Shown in pieces: positions 38,517-48,431 of a stretch of DNA of 64,000 nt; position 1 is the stretch's first letter; each line of letters begins with the position of its first letter. Made by a program: the position numbers and the translations under genes. The stretch spans positions 224,001 to 288,000 of the forward strand of contig CBDDIJ010000005.1 of assembly GCA_965228855.1 (NCBI GenBank). The letters are read 5' to 3'. The stretch comes from Candidatus Obscuribacterales bacterium (GTDB taxonomy: Bacteria > Cyanobacteriota > Vampirovibrionia > Obscuribacterales > Obscuribacteraceae). A model generated the notes under the pieces. The model was not told where the DNA came from, made no database searches, and saw nothing but the letters and a program-made list of their open reading frames with translations.

Positions 38517-39104
38517 TTAGGACGGCGACGGAGTCACACGCTTCGCCATCATAATATCGGGCTTGCCGATTCCATTGGCGTCAGGCACAACGCCGACAAT
38601 TTTGAATCCCAAACGCTCGTAGAACGAGTACGGATGTTCCTTCAGATTGCGAATGTTCTGTATCTGCGTCCATAGATCGTCATAGAGATCAATGCCACCA
38701 AGCGTGGTTTGACTCTGTTCATCGTCGGTTCCCAGGATAATCGTCACACCGCCAGCGATGGCAACCGCTTTCTCCAATGCAGCAACGAGAGCGGCACCGA
38801 TACCACGTTTGCGGTATGCCTGGTCCACACACATTGGATGAAGCTCCCACACCTTTCCGTGATAGGAGCTGATACCGCCAATCCAACCAATGACACTACC
38901 TTCGGTGCCCAACGCGGCCAGGCAAATTCTATCCGGCGCGGTGCATTCCCGCACCTCTTCTCGCGCGGAATCCAAGGTAGGCCAGGCATCAGGCCAGTTA
39001 GCGCGAAAGCTCTCGTGCAGAACTCGTGCAGCATCTTCGAGCTGTTTAGCATCGCCGTTCCTGAGCTCAAGGACGCGGATATCCGCTGGTGTTCTATCGT
39101 TCAT
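38517..39104 (-). CDS. GNAT acetyltransferase, AAC(6')-Ia/Ii-like
   Basis: WELHPMCV, RKRGIGAALV, TIILGTDDE, HPYSFYERLGF, VVPDANGIGKPDIMMAK. Start could be 39116. Confidence 0.85.
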   Translation of the reverse strand: MNDRTPADIRVLELRNGDAKQLEDAARVLHESFRANWPDAWPTLDSAREEVRECTAPDRICLAALGTEGSVIGWIGGISSYHGKVWELHPMCVDQAYRKRGIGAALVAALEKAVAIAGGVTIILGTDDEQSQTTLGGIDLYDDLWTQIQNIRNLKEHPYSFYERLGFKIVGVVPDANGIGKPDIMMAKRVTPSPS

Positions 39105-39276
39105 TCTAAGTGTCAATTTGTCAGGCAGCTATTAGTTGGAAACACACCAAAAGTCAATTCAAACGCATCGAGAGCCTGCGCGACGAATACTTCCCATTGT
39201 CCCAGATTATCGAGCGCCGGAACAAAAACTCTGTCAAGACGTTATAGTTAGTGGACGAGGTTATAGAGGACTTCAA

Positions 39277-39792
39277 ATGAGAACCAAGAATCTTTTCGCC
39301 CTTTGCCTTACGGCTCTATTAATAGCCGGCAGTGCTGGAGTCGCATTCGCTCAAGGCGGCGACGGGGGCGGACAAGGCGATCCAAATCAGGACCCACTTG
39401 CGGTCTATAGAATGTCGGGAATCAATTCCGAACAGGAAGAGCAAATTCGCAAGCTGGCGCATGATTTTGAAGACGCTCAGAGGGTTCGAGCGAAGTCACT
39501 TATTGCCTTGATGACCCAGATGAGAGTTCTCAGCTTACAGCCGGACCCGCCGGAAGAGCAGGTTCTGCTGACACAAACTGAAGTCAATAAAGTGACTGGC
39601 GATATGGCAATCGAGCGCCAAAAGCTTCTGTTGAAGGTTCGCAAAGTACTTACTCCTGAGCAGCGAAAAAAACTTGTATCAATCATGAGCCAACCACCCG
39701 CAGGAACAGGTGCTGGTGCAGGAACTGCTAACTCGGAGCGTCCCGCAAAAAATCGCGCTTCCGCCGAGCAGGGTGAAAGCGACGAAAACTAA
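39277..39792 (+). CDS. Spy/CpxP-family periplasmic chaperone-like protein
   Basis: Signal peptide (AFA|Q), INSEQ and VLTPEQR (LTXXQ-type) motifs. ATG 39277 after AGAGGA. Confidence 0.8.
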   Translation: MRTKNLFALCLTALLIAGSAGVAFAQGGDGGGQGDPNQDPLAVYRMSGINSEQEEQIRKLAHDFEDAQRVRAKSLIALMTQMRVLSLQPDPPEEQVLLTQTEVNKVTGDMAIERQKLLLKVRKVLTPEQRKKLVSIMSQPPAGTGAGAGTANSERPAKNRASAEQGESDEN

Positions 39793-39998
39793 CGGCGCCA
39801 GTCGGCGTTAACGTTACCCGTTAGTCGAAACCGTGATAACATCACGAAATAGCTTTTCTGTTGGCTTTCGCGAGGCGAAAACTGGCGGGAATATGTTCTA
39901 ATTGCTCTGGCAAAGTTCTGTCTCACTGCGGCACCCCGAAAGAAATGTCAGCCCCAGCCCTCACCGCGCAAAAGAATTTTTGGAAAAAACCGCTTACA

Positions 39999-40937
39999 AT
40001 GCGGATTTACACGATTGCAATTGCACTATCGCTGGTGCTCTATGCATCAAGTCTCACCGCCGAGGCTGAGAGCACGATGGATCCGGCGGCGTTCAATGAG
40101 CGGGTTTTGACGATCGCTGCGCAGGAATTTCCCAGCCTCCAGCTCCAGAAAACCGACGACCCGCTCGTTTTCACCGTCAATGACGGCAGCAAGCTATCCC
40201 TTGGGAATGTCTTCAAACTAATAACTCAGGAAACCGACCGCGGTAGCGAAGATGAGGAAATCAGGCGCTTCTTCAAAAGTATCTCTGAGTTGAAGGCGAA
40301 CCAGGAGAAATCAATTCGGGTGTCCTGGAATGAAGTAAAAAGCAGACTGCGCCCGCAGATCTTTCGTTCCAATCTATTGAAACAAAAGACTCAACACATG
40401 GTTTCACGTCCCCTGCCATTCTCCAAGACGTTGAGGGAAGGTTTCGTCATCGACTCAAAAAACTCGTTCCAGTACGTCACGCCAAAACACTTAACCAATT
40501 GGAAAGTGGACATCGATGCTGTGAGCAAATGCGCTTACGAGAACCTGGACAAGGTTTCCCAGGATTTGAAAATCGAATTTAATGATGCAGCAGGCAAGGA
40601 CGCAAAGGGTAAATACGTGACGATCTCAGTTTCCGACGGTTACGCGGCCGCGAGAATTTTGTTGCCGGAAATTCGAAAACGCCTGCAGCGAGATCTCGGC
40701 GAACACTGTTTCATAGCTATTCCCAACAGAGATTTTCTAATCGGATGGTCGCCGGATTTTACGCACAAGGAAAAATTTATCGCACAGGTTCGCAAGGACT
40801 ATGAGAGCCGACATCATCCTCTGACGCCGCAAATTTACGAAATGGAAGACAACAATATAGCCACAATAGCGGAGGAGAGCGCAGAGGCTTCAGATGCTCC
40901 ATCGCGCTCGAGAAAACATAGACGCCACCGCCAGTGA
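39999..40937 (+). CDS. Exported DUF1444-like protein
   Basis: Signal peptide; RLRPQI, DGYAAARILL, IAIPNRDFL. Confidence 0.65.
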   Translation: MRIYTIAIALSLVLYASSLTAEAESTMDPAAFNERVLTIAAQEFPSLQLQKTDDPLVFTVNDGSKLSLGNVFKLITQETDRGSEDEEIRRFFKSISELKANQEKSIRVSWNEVKSRLRPQIFRSNLLKQKTQHMVSRPLPFSKTLREGFVIDSKNSFQYVTPKHLTNWKVDIDAVSKCAYENLDKVSQDLKIEFNDAAGKDAKGKYVTISVSDGYAAARILLPEIRKRLQRDLGEHCFIAIPNRDFLIGWSPDFTHKEKFIAQVRKDYESRHHPLTPQIYEMEDNNIATIAEESAEASDAPSRSRKHRRHRQ

Positions 40938-40962
40938 CACCACTCTCAACCAGGTTGCTTCT

Positions 40963-43632
40963 TCAGTCGATACCAAAATGAATGAACGGGGCCCAGGCAT
41001 GAATGGGCTGACCGCTATCAAGAGCCTCGCACTGAGCGACTCTTAGCGCGTCGGCGATCGTTGTCTTTCCAGCCTGCCATACATTGTGGAACACCTGCAT
41101 CAAATCAGACGTGGATCGATCTGCAACTTCCCAGAGGCTTAAAACCAAATTCGGCATACCGGCGTACATAAGAGCACGAGACAAACCAAGTATCTCTCCT
41201 CCAGGCGTGACGCGGTTTACACCAGTCTGGCAAGCCGAAAGAACAAGCAATCTACCGCACTCCGTTCTAAGCGAACTACGTTCTAAAATCGATGCAGCAG
41301 TGAGAACAGTCCCGTCCGAGAGCACCAGGCCTGATGCCATAGGTTCTTCAGGGTTGAAAACGGCGTGACCGGCAAAATGCACCACCGGGTACTTACCGAA
41401 CAGCGTTGAGAAGCTTTCCTTCACTTCTTCGTTCATGATCAATTTCGCATCGGGCGCAGCTTTACTGCCTACGGCCAGAATGCTTTGCGCCTCTTCCATC
41501 GTGTAGGAGAGGTCGTTCAACCCTGCGGCCGAGCGGAGGAACGAACTGAAGACCAGTCCATCTCTGCGCGTCGCTGAGTAATCACTGATTGCGGATATCA
41601 AATAACTAGACATGTCATCATTGCGCTCAACCTCGGTTTCCGAACGAGACAACACAGGTATCAAGCTGGTCGAGGGCAAGTAGCTGAACGAATACTTCTT
41701 GCAGAGATAATTTTCCCCATCATGCAACGCCGCAAATGGAAGGTGAAATAGACTTCCGTGAGGAACAATTACCAGTCTTCCGACATTTTGCGAGATGCCC
41801 TCCAGTACAGGTCGGAGCAACGCATCATACAAACGCTTACACAACGAAGTTGGAACTTCCCATCCTTCCGTCGAACTCATCTCAAGGAAAGTTTCCAGAT
41901 CAACAGAGAGCATGTCGCGCTCTTCCGAACCGGCCAGCATGTGAACAACCGGCTCCTGCTGGGAATTGGCGATGGAGCACGCCAACAAAAATTCGTCGGT
42001 CCAGAAATATTCAATGATTATAGTGTCTTCGCTCAATGGACTATCGCCTTGACTCCAGAGGGACTTGATGTCCTTGAAACCAAGGGTAGTTGCCGAAACC
42101 AGCTGCGCATAATTCGGATGGCGTCGCTTCAATTGACCCACCACGTCGCGCCATTCTTCGTAAACCTTATGCGCTTCATCGGCAGTAACCACGCCGCTGC
42201 CCCGGTGTCCGGAGTCGGAAATTGAGGGTCCGTGCCAGAAGATCCGTTCCAGGCGATCGATCTGCGCGCGCAAATCGCGTTCCTTAATTATCAAACGTTT
42301 CAATCCCTCGTCTTCGCTGCCGGTCAAATGGCTTATATCAATCGGTGAATTGCTCAACAGATCGACTAGCGCACGCGACTTGGCACGACCAACGTATTCG
42401 AGCGCCTCGACTCGTTTCCCAAGAGAGAGACACACGCGCACGACATTTTTATAAAGCTCTTCTCCACGATTAGCAAATGACGTTTTCAAATCGTCGGTCT
42501 TGATACTGGCGCGCAATTCGTCAAACAAATCGACAGACTTTGCCAGATATTCGAAGGCCGGCTGCAACTCTCCGATGCGCTCGTACAGTTTTCCAAGGTT
42601 AGCGAGATAGATACGCTTGCCGCGTCGGTCTTCAATCTTTTCGCTGACGTCGAGCGCTTGCTGGTAGTATTCCTGCGCTTTCTCAAGTTCATTCTTCTCG
42701 ACGAAACAATCGCCAATGCTATCCAGATGCGCGGCTTGAGCCTGGAAATCATCGTTTGCGCGCGCCATCTCCTCAGCACGCATGCAATAGGTGAGCGCTT
42801 TGTCGGCGTCCCCCAATTTCAACCAGGTAGCTCCAATATTGCCGAGCCAGATACCCTGGCGATGCGGATCTTCGGCTCGTTCAGCAAGCTCCAGAGCTTC
42901 TTCGTAGGCCTTGAGGGCGTTTTTAAAACTACCGACTTCGAACAGCGTATTGCCTTCGCTACCGCGGCAAATGCTCATGGTATGCGAATCTTCAGCAAGA
43001 CTGGCTTCGATGAAAGCGGACTGATAGTACGAGACGGCTTGATCGAATTTTCCGAGTTCGGCCATGCACAAACCAAGACTTCCAAGTAATGCTGCCTTAT
43101 CTCGCGTTTCGTCCTCACGCTGATGGAGCGCTTCGAGGAAACAAGCAACTGCATGTTCCGGCCAACCAAGGTTCAAAAACAACCGTCCCAGATTAGCCAA
43201 CGCCAACTCGGAGCTGGCGGTATCATTGGTTTCCGCGGATATGTCACAGGCGCTGTGAAACAGCTCAATCGCCTGCTCCAATTTTCCGGCATCGCCTAGC
43301 AGTTCACCGAGCAGCAATCTCGCGTGCAATTCGATTGCCGCTTCGCCTGATTTGCGAGCGGTTTCAACAGATTCGAGCAGATATTTCTCGGCTGCGTCAA
43401 GTTCGTTGAGCGCAATTTTCGAAACACCCAGATAACTCAAATAAACTGACAGATTAGTTGCCCGGTCAAGCTTCCGTGCCAGTTCGATGGCGGCTTCGTA
43501 CTCAGCGCAAGCTTGATCAAATTCCCCGGTTTCCAAATGTTGCCAGGCCAGTGCGCCATGATTTTCCATCTTCTGGATTTCATGGTCATTCGTGTCTGAC
43601 TTTTGGTTTGGCTTGCTGGACCTGTTGCCCAT
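40963..43632 (-). CDS. TPR-CHAT (caspase-like) domain protein
   Basis: Tandem TPRs, RAKSRAL, IVPHGSLFHLPFAAL, HFAGH and LSACQTG dyad, SLWEVAD, WAPFIHFG. Likely ATG 43632. Confidence 0.93.
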   Translation of the reverse strand: MGNRSSKPNQKSDTNDHEIQKMENHGALAWQHLETGEFDQACAEYEAAIELARKLDRATNLSVYLSYLGVSKIALNELDAAEKYLLESVETARKSGEAAIELHARLLLGELLGDAGKLEQAIELFHSACDISAETNDTASSELALANLGRLFLNLGWPEHAVACFLEALHQREDETRDKAALLGSLGLCMAELGKFDQAVSYYQSAFIEASLAEDSHTMSICRGSEGNTLFEVGSFKNALKAYEEALELAERAEDPHRQGIWLGNIGATWLKLGDADKALTYCMRAEEMARANDDFQAQAAHLDSIGDCFVEKNELEKAQEYYQQALDVSEKIEDRRGKRIYLANLGKLYERIGELQPAFEYLAKSVDLFDELRASIKTDDLKTSFANRGEELYKNVVRVCLSLGKRVEALEYVGRAKSRALVDLLSNSPIDISHLTGSEDEGLKRLIIKERDLRAQIDRLERIFWHGPSISDSGHRGSGVVTADEAHKVYEEWRDVVGQLKRRHPNYAQLVSATTLGFKDIKSLWSQGDSPLSEDTIIIEYFWTDEFLLACSIANSQQEPVVHMLAGSEERDMLSVDLETFLEMSSTEGWEVPTSLCKRLYDALLRPVLEGISQNVGRLVIVPHGSLFHLPFAALHDGENYLCKKYSFSYLPSTSLIPVLSRSETEVERNDDMSSYLISAISDYSATRRDGLVFSSFLRSAAGLNDLSYTMEEAQSILAVGSKAAPDAKLIMNEEVKESFSTLFGKYPVVHFAGHAVFNPEEPMASGLVLSDGTVLTAASILERSSLRTECGRLLVLSACQTGVNRVTPGGEILGLSRALMYAGMPNLVLSLWEVADRSTSDLMQVFHNVWQAGKTTIADALRVAQCEALDSGQPIHAWAPFIHFGID

Positions 43633-43853
43633 GACGACCTCGCGACAGGCGTACCCGTCCCTTAGATGATATGCGAGTTTCGCATTTACTGCTGTATTTA
43701 TCCGCAGCGCGGGATTTTTCGACATCCGACGCGTAACAGATTTGCAGCGCTCCCAAATCGGACGCGAAACACCCATAAAGCTATCTTATGCGAAACACCG
43801 CCACAAGGCCCGGCAAGCTGGAGCTTGACTTAAACCAAACTTTTAAACTCAAA

Positions 43854-45176
43854 CTACGAGCCGAAGTTGACCTGACTGCGATACGGCGGATAGACGAGAA
43901 CTTGATTCTTCGGAGTCTCAGGACGCACCGAGAAATTCGGAGCGGTCGTGTTGGCTACCTTTTTAGCAGGTGCGTGGTGCGCATGACCTTTCGCCGCGGT
44001 CTGAACCGGGTGCTTGCTGACAGGCATTGCGGTAGGGAGGCGTGAATAATTTCCGAAGCCCTGATTTGAAGTTTGAGCCATGTAGGTGTGGAATCCACCG
44101 GCCGGCAATGGCTGTTTTCCACCCATTCCAACTCCCCCTCCGCCGCCGCTGGCAGCAGCAAGGTTGGAACCGGCAATCGGGCTCTTTCGGTCACGAGCGC
44201 CTTTGAGGAAACCCTTCATCGTATCTTCGGGAATCAGGCTGAGCGGGAACGGCGGGGGACCGACGCGCTGATACAGACTGGTGGTAGGTTGAGGCGCGGC
44301 ATAAGGATTGATGCCCTGTTGCAAACAAGCCGACTCGACCAGCTTGTTCATCTCCAACTGTTCCTGGGGAGACAGATGCGGGGGCTGCATCGGGGGCTGC
44401 ATCGGCGGCTCAGGCGGCGCCTGGAAGGCCGAAGGTTGCGAGAACTGCATCTGGGGCTGCATTTGCTGGGGCATCATCGCCACAGAATTGCGCATATTGT
44501 TGTAATTGGTTTCGGCACAAGGCATTCCGACAGAACCGGGAATTGCCGGTGAGGCGCCTGACACCGCTCGCGGTGCGACCTGGCGGACGAAACTGCTTGC
44601 GACTTTGGCGGCGTGCTGCAAACGCTCGCTATTGTGCTTTTTCGCCTGTTGTTTCACAGCGTACTTCGCACGAGCGCTCATTTGTGCGTCCTGATTCTCG
44701 GACATGTAATATGTGGAATACTCGCTCACACCACCGTCGAGGGTAGTGGGTTGCGGTCCGTTGTCGATTTCGGCAACTTGAGAAGCCATTGAAGCGCTCG
44801 TCAATTCGCTCTTACTGGGCAGTCTGCGATTCGCGACGAATGGACGCAGTTTGACGCCTGGTGTCTGATTCAAAGCCTTGCGGGTCGCGACTGAGCGAGC
44901 GCTCGATAGCGATGTCTTCGGAATTCCGGGGCTGAGCGATTGGGGCGCTGCCGACAACGAAATAGGCGCGGGCGCGGCTTCGGTCAACGAAGACTTCAAA
45001 AATGCAGCCGTACTGCTCGCCGGGTGCTGATCCTGAGCGCACGCCGGATGCTGCACTGCGACGGAGAGGGTAGCTGCTACGTTTACGCCAACTAGGACTG
45101 CCGATACTTTCATTGGAACCCTTACAGAGTGAGCACTTTGGCGATTTGCGCGGGGTGGAGCGCCGAGTAGGTTCAA
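43854..45176 (-). CDS. Hypothetical Pro/Gln/Ala-rich, probably exported protein
   Basis: Long low-complexity ORF. Signal-like MKVSAVLVG... segment suggests a later start. Confidence 0.6.
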   Translation of the reverse strand: MNLLGAPPRANRQSAHSVRVPMKVSAVLVGVNVAATLSVAVQHPACAQDQHPASSTAAFLKSSLTEAAPAPISLSAAPQSLSPGIPKTSLSSARSVATRKALNQTPGVKLRPFVANRRLPSKSELTSASMASQVAEIDNGPQPTTLDGGVSEYSTYYMSENQDAQMSARAKYAVKQQAKKHNSERLQHAAKVASSFVRQVAPRAVSGASPAIPGSVGMPCAETNYNNMRNSVAMMPQQMQPQMQFSQPSAFQAPPEPPMQPPMQPPHLSPQEQLEMNKLVESACLQQGINPYAAPQPTTSLYQRVGPPPFPLSLIPEDTMKGFLKGARDRKSPIAGSNLAAASGGGGGVGMGGKQPLPAGGFHTYMAQTSNQGFGNYSRLPTAMPVSKHPVQTAAKGHAHHAPAKKVANTTAPNFSVRPETPKNQVLVYPPYRSQVNFGS

Positions 45177-45408
45177 TCGCCATTCAACGTGCTTTGAGTT
45201 TAGGTTTTTCGGTCACTTGTGTCACTGGGAAAAGTACGCATGAGACCGTCCAACAAGCCAAAACGGCATATTCAAAGTGGGGAAATTCCCATCCTGACAT
45301 CTGAAGTTTTTCCAATATTTCGCATTGCAACATCTAAAGGTTTGTTGGCAAAAAACCTTTCGAGCAAATTAAACAGTTTCAACCAATCGCCGCCTTCTTC
45401 TCTGGGGC

Positions 45409-46092
45409 CTATTCCCAGACGAGCCGGTATCCGACACCGCGAACAGTCAGGATGTGTTTAGGCGCGCTGGGGTTGTCTTCCAGCTTTTCGCGCAAATAGC
45501 GGATATGAACGTCCACGGTTCGACTTTCGCCGAGGAAGTCGGAGCCCCAGACCTGAGAGAAAAGTTGATCTCGCGAGAAAACACGGTTGGGCTGCCTTGC
45601 CATTGCCAGCAGCAATTCGAACTCTTTGAATGTGAGGTCTATTTCCTTCTCATTGACGCGAACCGTTCTGCTATCTACATCTATGTGAAGCTCGCCCAGA
45701 CGAATGCCGCTGACCTGGCGCTGCGCATCAGGCGTTTCACGCAAATTAGCTTTGACTCGGGCGACCAATTCGCGCAGTCGGACAGGCTTAGCGATGTAGT
45801 CATTAGCTCCGAGCTCCAGCCCGACAACCGTGTCGATCTCCGAGGTGCGCGCAGTAAGCATCAAAATCGGCGTCTTCTTATCGATCGCCCGAACGCGACG
45901 GCACAATTCGTAACCGTCGATACCCGGCATCATCAGGTCAAGAATGACCAGATCCGGGCGGTCCTTTTCATACATCTCCAGGGCTCTTAAGCCGTCGTGA
46001 GCGAGATAAGTATTGAATCCTTCCTGGCTCAAAACATATTGAATCGAATTAGCGATATCGACTTCGTCGTCTACGATAAGTATCTTTTTCAT
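45409..46092 (-). CDS. OmpR/PhoB-family response regulator
   Basis: IVDDE, LDLMMPG, KPV, LTFKEFELL, RTVDVHIRYLREK, TVRGVGY. Confidence 0.96.
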   Translation of the reverse strand: MKKILIVDDEVDIANSIQYVLSQEGFNTYLAHDGLRALEMYEKDRPDLVILDLMMPGIDGYELCRRVRAIDKKTPILMLTARTSEIDTVVGLELGANDYIAKPVRLRELVARVKANLRETPDAQRQVSGIRLGELHIDVDSRTVRVNEKEIDLTFKEFELLLAMARQPNRVFSRDQLFSQVWGSDFLGESRTVDVHIRYLREKLEDNPSAPKHILTVRGVGYRLVWE

Positions 46093-46239
46093 TGGGTCTC
46101 TATAAAGTTAATGACCAGCGATCATAGTATTATCGACAGAGGAAGCTTGAGAATTAGGCAGTCCAAATTGGCTCAAAGCTCCTAATAAGTCTAGACGAAT
46201 TCGAATATCTTTGCAGACAAATCGAATTTTCGTACTTGG

Positions 46240-47496
46240 TTGCTCTCGGGGAAGAATCTAAAGGTCGTGAAGTCGAAGCTCAGCTGTTTGCTTGCAATAA
46301 CTTTCTCACTTCTGATGCTGGGCAGCTTGCCGGCATTAGCGGCGAAGGTGACCAAGGCGACTTCGTCTGAAACCGTCTCAATCCCAATGTTCAACCCGTA
46401 TCCGCCTATGGTATATCCTGTGCGTATCGGAATTGTTCGACAGGCGCCTTCGGCTAAATTCGCAATCTGGGCACCGGGTGCGGTTTTCGTTGACGGCCGT
46501 CCCGTTTTTCCTATCAAACCCAATCTGATCTACTCGATCACCGCTCGCGAAATTAAAGAGCTGGCGACCGGCAAGACATTCCAACTGCCGAGCGGAAAGC
46601 GGACCTATGTTTCGTCGCCGGATTATCGAGTTTACTGCGACAAGTGGTGGCGAGGTTGTCTGGAAATCGTCTCCTTAGGCAACAACATCAACGTCATAAA
46701 TCTGGTCGACCTGGAAGAGTATTTGCTGGGAGTCGTCCCCGCCGAGATGCCTGCCAGCTGGCACATTGAAGCGCTGAAGGCACAGGCAGTGGCTGCTCGC
46801 AGCTACGCATGGGCTCACATTGGTCGAGGCTCGAAGTGGCTGAAATCGCAGGGGTACGATCTGGTGCCGGACGTGCGCGACCAGGCTTACAAAGGACTGG
46901 CTCGTGAAGCGCCGTCGACTTTCCGGGCCGTCGCAGAAACCCGCGGCATCGTTCTCAAAGATTCCGGGAAAGTGAAACCTGGCTTTTATCGTGCCACCGT
47001 GGGCGATGCTATGGAAAATTTGAATATTCGGAAAACCCATGTGCCCAGCAGCAAGCTCGAAGCTATAACAGGAGTCTCCAACATCCAGGGCGTCGCTGTT
47101 AAACAGTGGGATATCAACGGCAACGCGCATAGCGTTCAAGTCATGGGTCAGAAGAAAACAGCCGTAGTTTACGGAGTAGCGCTGGCGAAGAAACTGGGAC
47201 TTTCGACCGCCGGCATCCTTGATGTGCATGAAGAAGGAAGCGGCTGGATGTTTACATACCGCGGTCCTGGTAACGGAGCACGAGGACTGAGCCAGCACGG
47301 TGCCAATACATTTGCAAACCGCGGCTGGCGCTTCGATCAAATCCTGCAACAGTACTACCAGGATCCGGATGGACAGTTACGCTTAGACTACCTGGATTTG
47401 TATAAAGCACCGGTTGTTCGTTTTCCACCGCCGCCGAAAGCAAAGCCTGCAGAAAAGGTAGTCGATCCGCCAGACCCACCAGAAGACGAGGAATAG
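46240..47496 (+). CDS. SpoIID/LytB domain protein
   Basis: LEEYLLGVVPAEMP, EALKAQAVAARSY, DQAYKG, GLSQHGA, ILQQYY. Confidence 0.92.
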   Translation: MLSGKNLKVVKSKLSCLLAITFSLLMLGSLPALAAKVTKATSSETVSIPMFNPYPPMVYPVRIGIVRQAPSAKFAIWAPGAVFVDGRPVFPIKPNLIYSITAREIKELATGKTFQLPSGKRTYVSSPDYRVYCDKWWRGCLEIVSLGNNINVINLVDLEEYLLGVVPAEMPASWHIEALKAQAVAARSYAWAHIGRGSKWLKSQGYDLVPDVRDQAYKGLAREAPSTFRAVAETRGIVLKDSGKVKPGFYRATVGDAMENLNIRKTHVPSSKLEAITGVSNIQGVAVKQWDINGNAHSVQVMGQKKTAVVYGVALAKKLGLSTAGILDVHEEGSGWMFTYRGPGNGARGLSQHGANTFANRGWRFDQILQQYYQDPDGQLRLDYLDLYKAPVVRFPPPPKAKPAEKVVDPPDPPEDEE

Positions 47497-47501
47497 GAAT
47501 C

Positions 47502-48377
47502 ATGACGCGCGACCATATCCACACCGATTTCATGGACCGCCAGGCCAAAGAGAACGCGAAGGCGGGCACCGCCCGTGGTTTCGGCATCGGACTCGGATTG
47601 GTCGCACTGGTTGGTATCGGCTTTGGTGGCGTGCAGATTTTTCAATTTTTCAGTAACTTTGAATTGAATCAGTTCAAAAGAAACGTGGCTGTAACTCTGA
47701 AAGATCCGAAACTGGCTAAAGGTCAGGCTCTCGTGTCAGTGGAGATCAAAAACCATAACGCTGTCCAAATCTCCAATCCGGTAATCAAATATTCGATCTC
47801 AAGCAAAGAAAATCAACCGCTTGCCTCCGGTGAGGTCAAGATCGACGGAGCCATTCCTGCCGGTGATAAACGCAGCTTCGATTCAATCTCGCTGGGAGAC
47901 GTGAAAGGGCAGCCTGCGCGGATGCACAGCGATCTCGTTTCGCTCGTAACAGCGTCGGACAAAGAACTTCCCAAAGGCTATCCGGCAAGATTTGCAGGAG
48001 CGTATGAGAAAAATGGAACGCAGTTGATATCGGCACTGGAACCTCTGGTAGCAGAAGTTCCGAAGTTTGACGAAGGTGAAGTCGCCCTCGGAGTCGCCTA
48101 CGAGGGCGAGCATGATTGGGCCAACGCGCTGGCGCGCTACAAAAAGGCAGTCGAGATGAACCCGGGCAATGCGAATGCGCATTATCATCTTGGTATCGCG
48201 CTTGCGCATGAGAAAAAGACGACTGAAGCTATCGCTTCACTCAAAAAGGCCGCCGAGTTGAACCCCGCAGACAAGGCAATTGTGAAGGCCCTCACCGCAC
48301 TGTCTACACCGGGCGGCAGCCTACCTGCCGAGGATTCCGATTCAGAATCCTCAGATGCGCCGGAAGACTCCGAATAG
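47502..48377 (+). CDS. Single-TM protein with beta-sandwich domain and TPRs
   Basis: TM helix, then YKKAVEMNPGNANAHYHLG TPRs. Confidence 0.75.
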   Translation: MTRDHIHTDFMDRQAKENAKAGTARGFGIGLGLVALVGIGFGGVQIFQFFSNFELNQFKRNVAVTLKDPKLAKGQALVSVEIKNHNAVQISNPVIKYSISSKENQPLASGEVKIDGAIPAGDKRSFDSISLGDVKGQPARMHSDLVSLVTASDKELPKGYPARFAGAYEKNGTQLISALEPLVAEVPKFDEGEVALGVAYEGEHDWANALARYKKAVEMNPGNANAHYHLGIALAHEKKTTEAIASLKKAAELNPADKAIVKALTALSTPGGSLPAEDSDSESSDAPEDSE

Positions 48378-48431
48378 CTTTTTGATCTACGCTAGCGCGC
48401 TCGCTCCCGTTTCAATTGATTGTCCCCGCCT

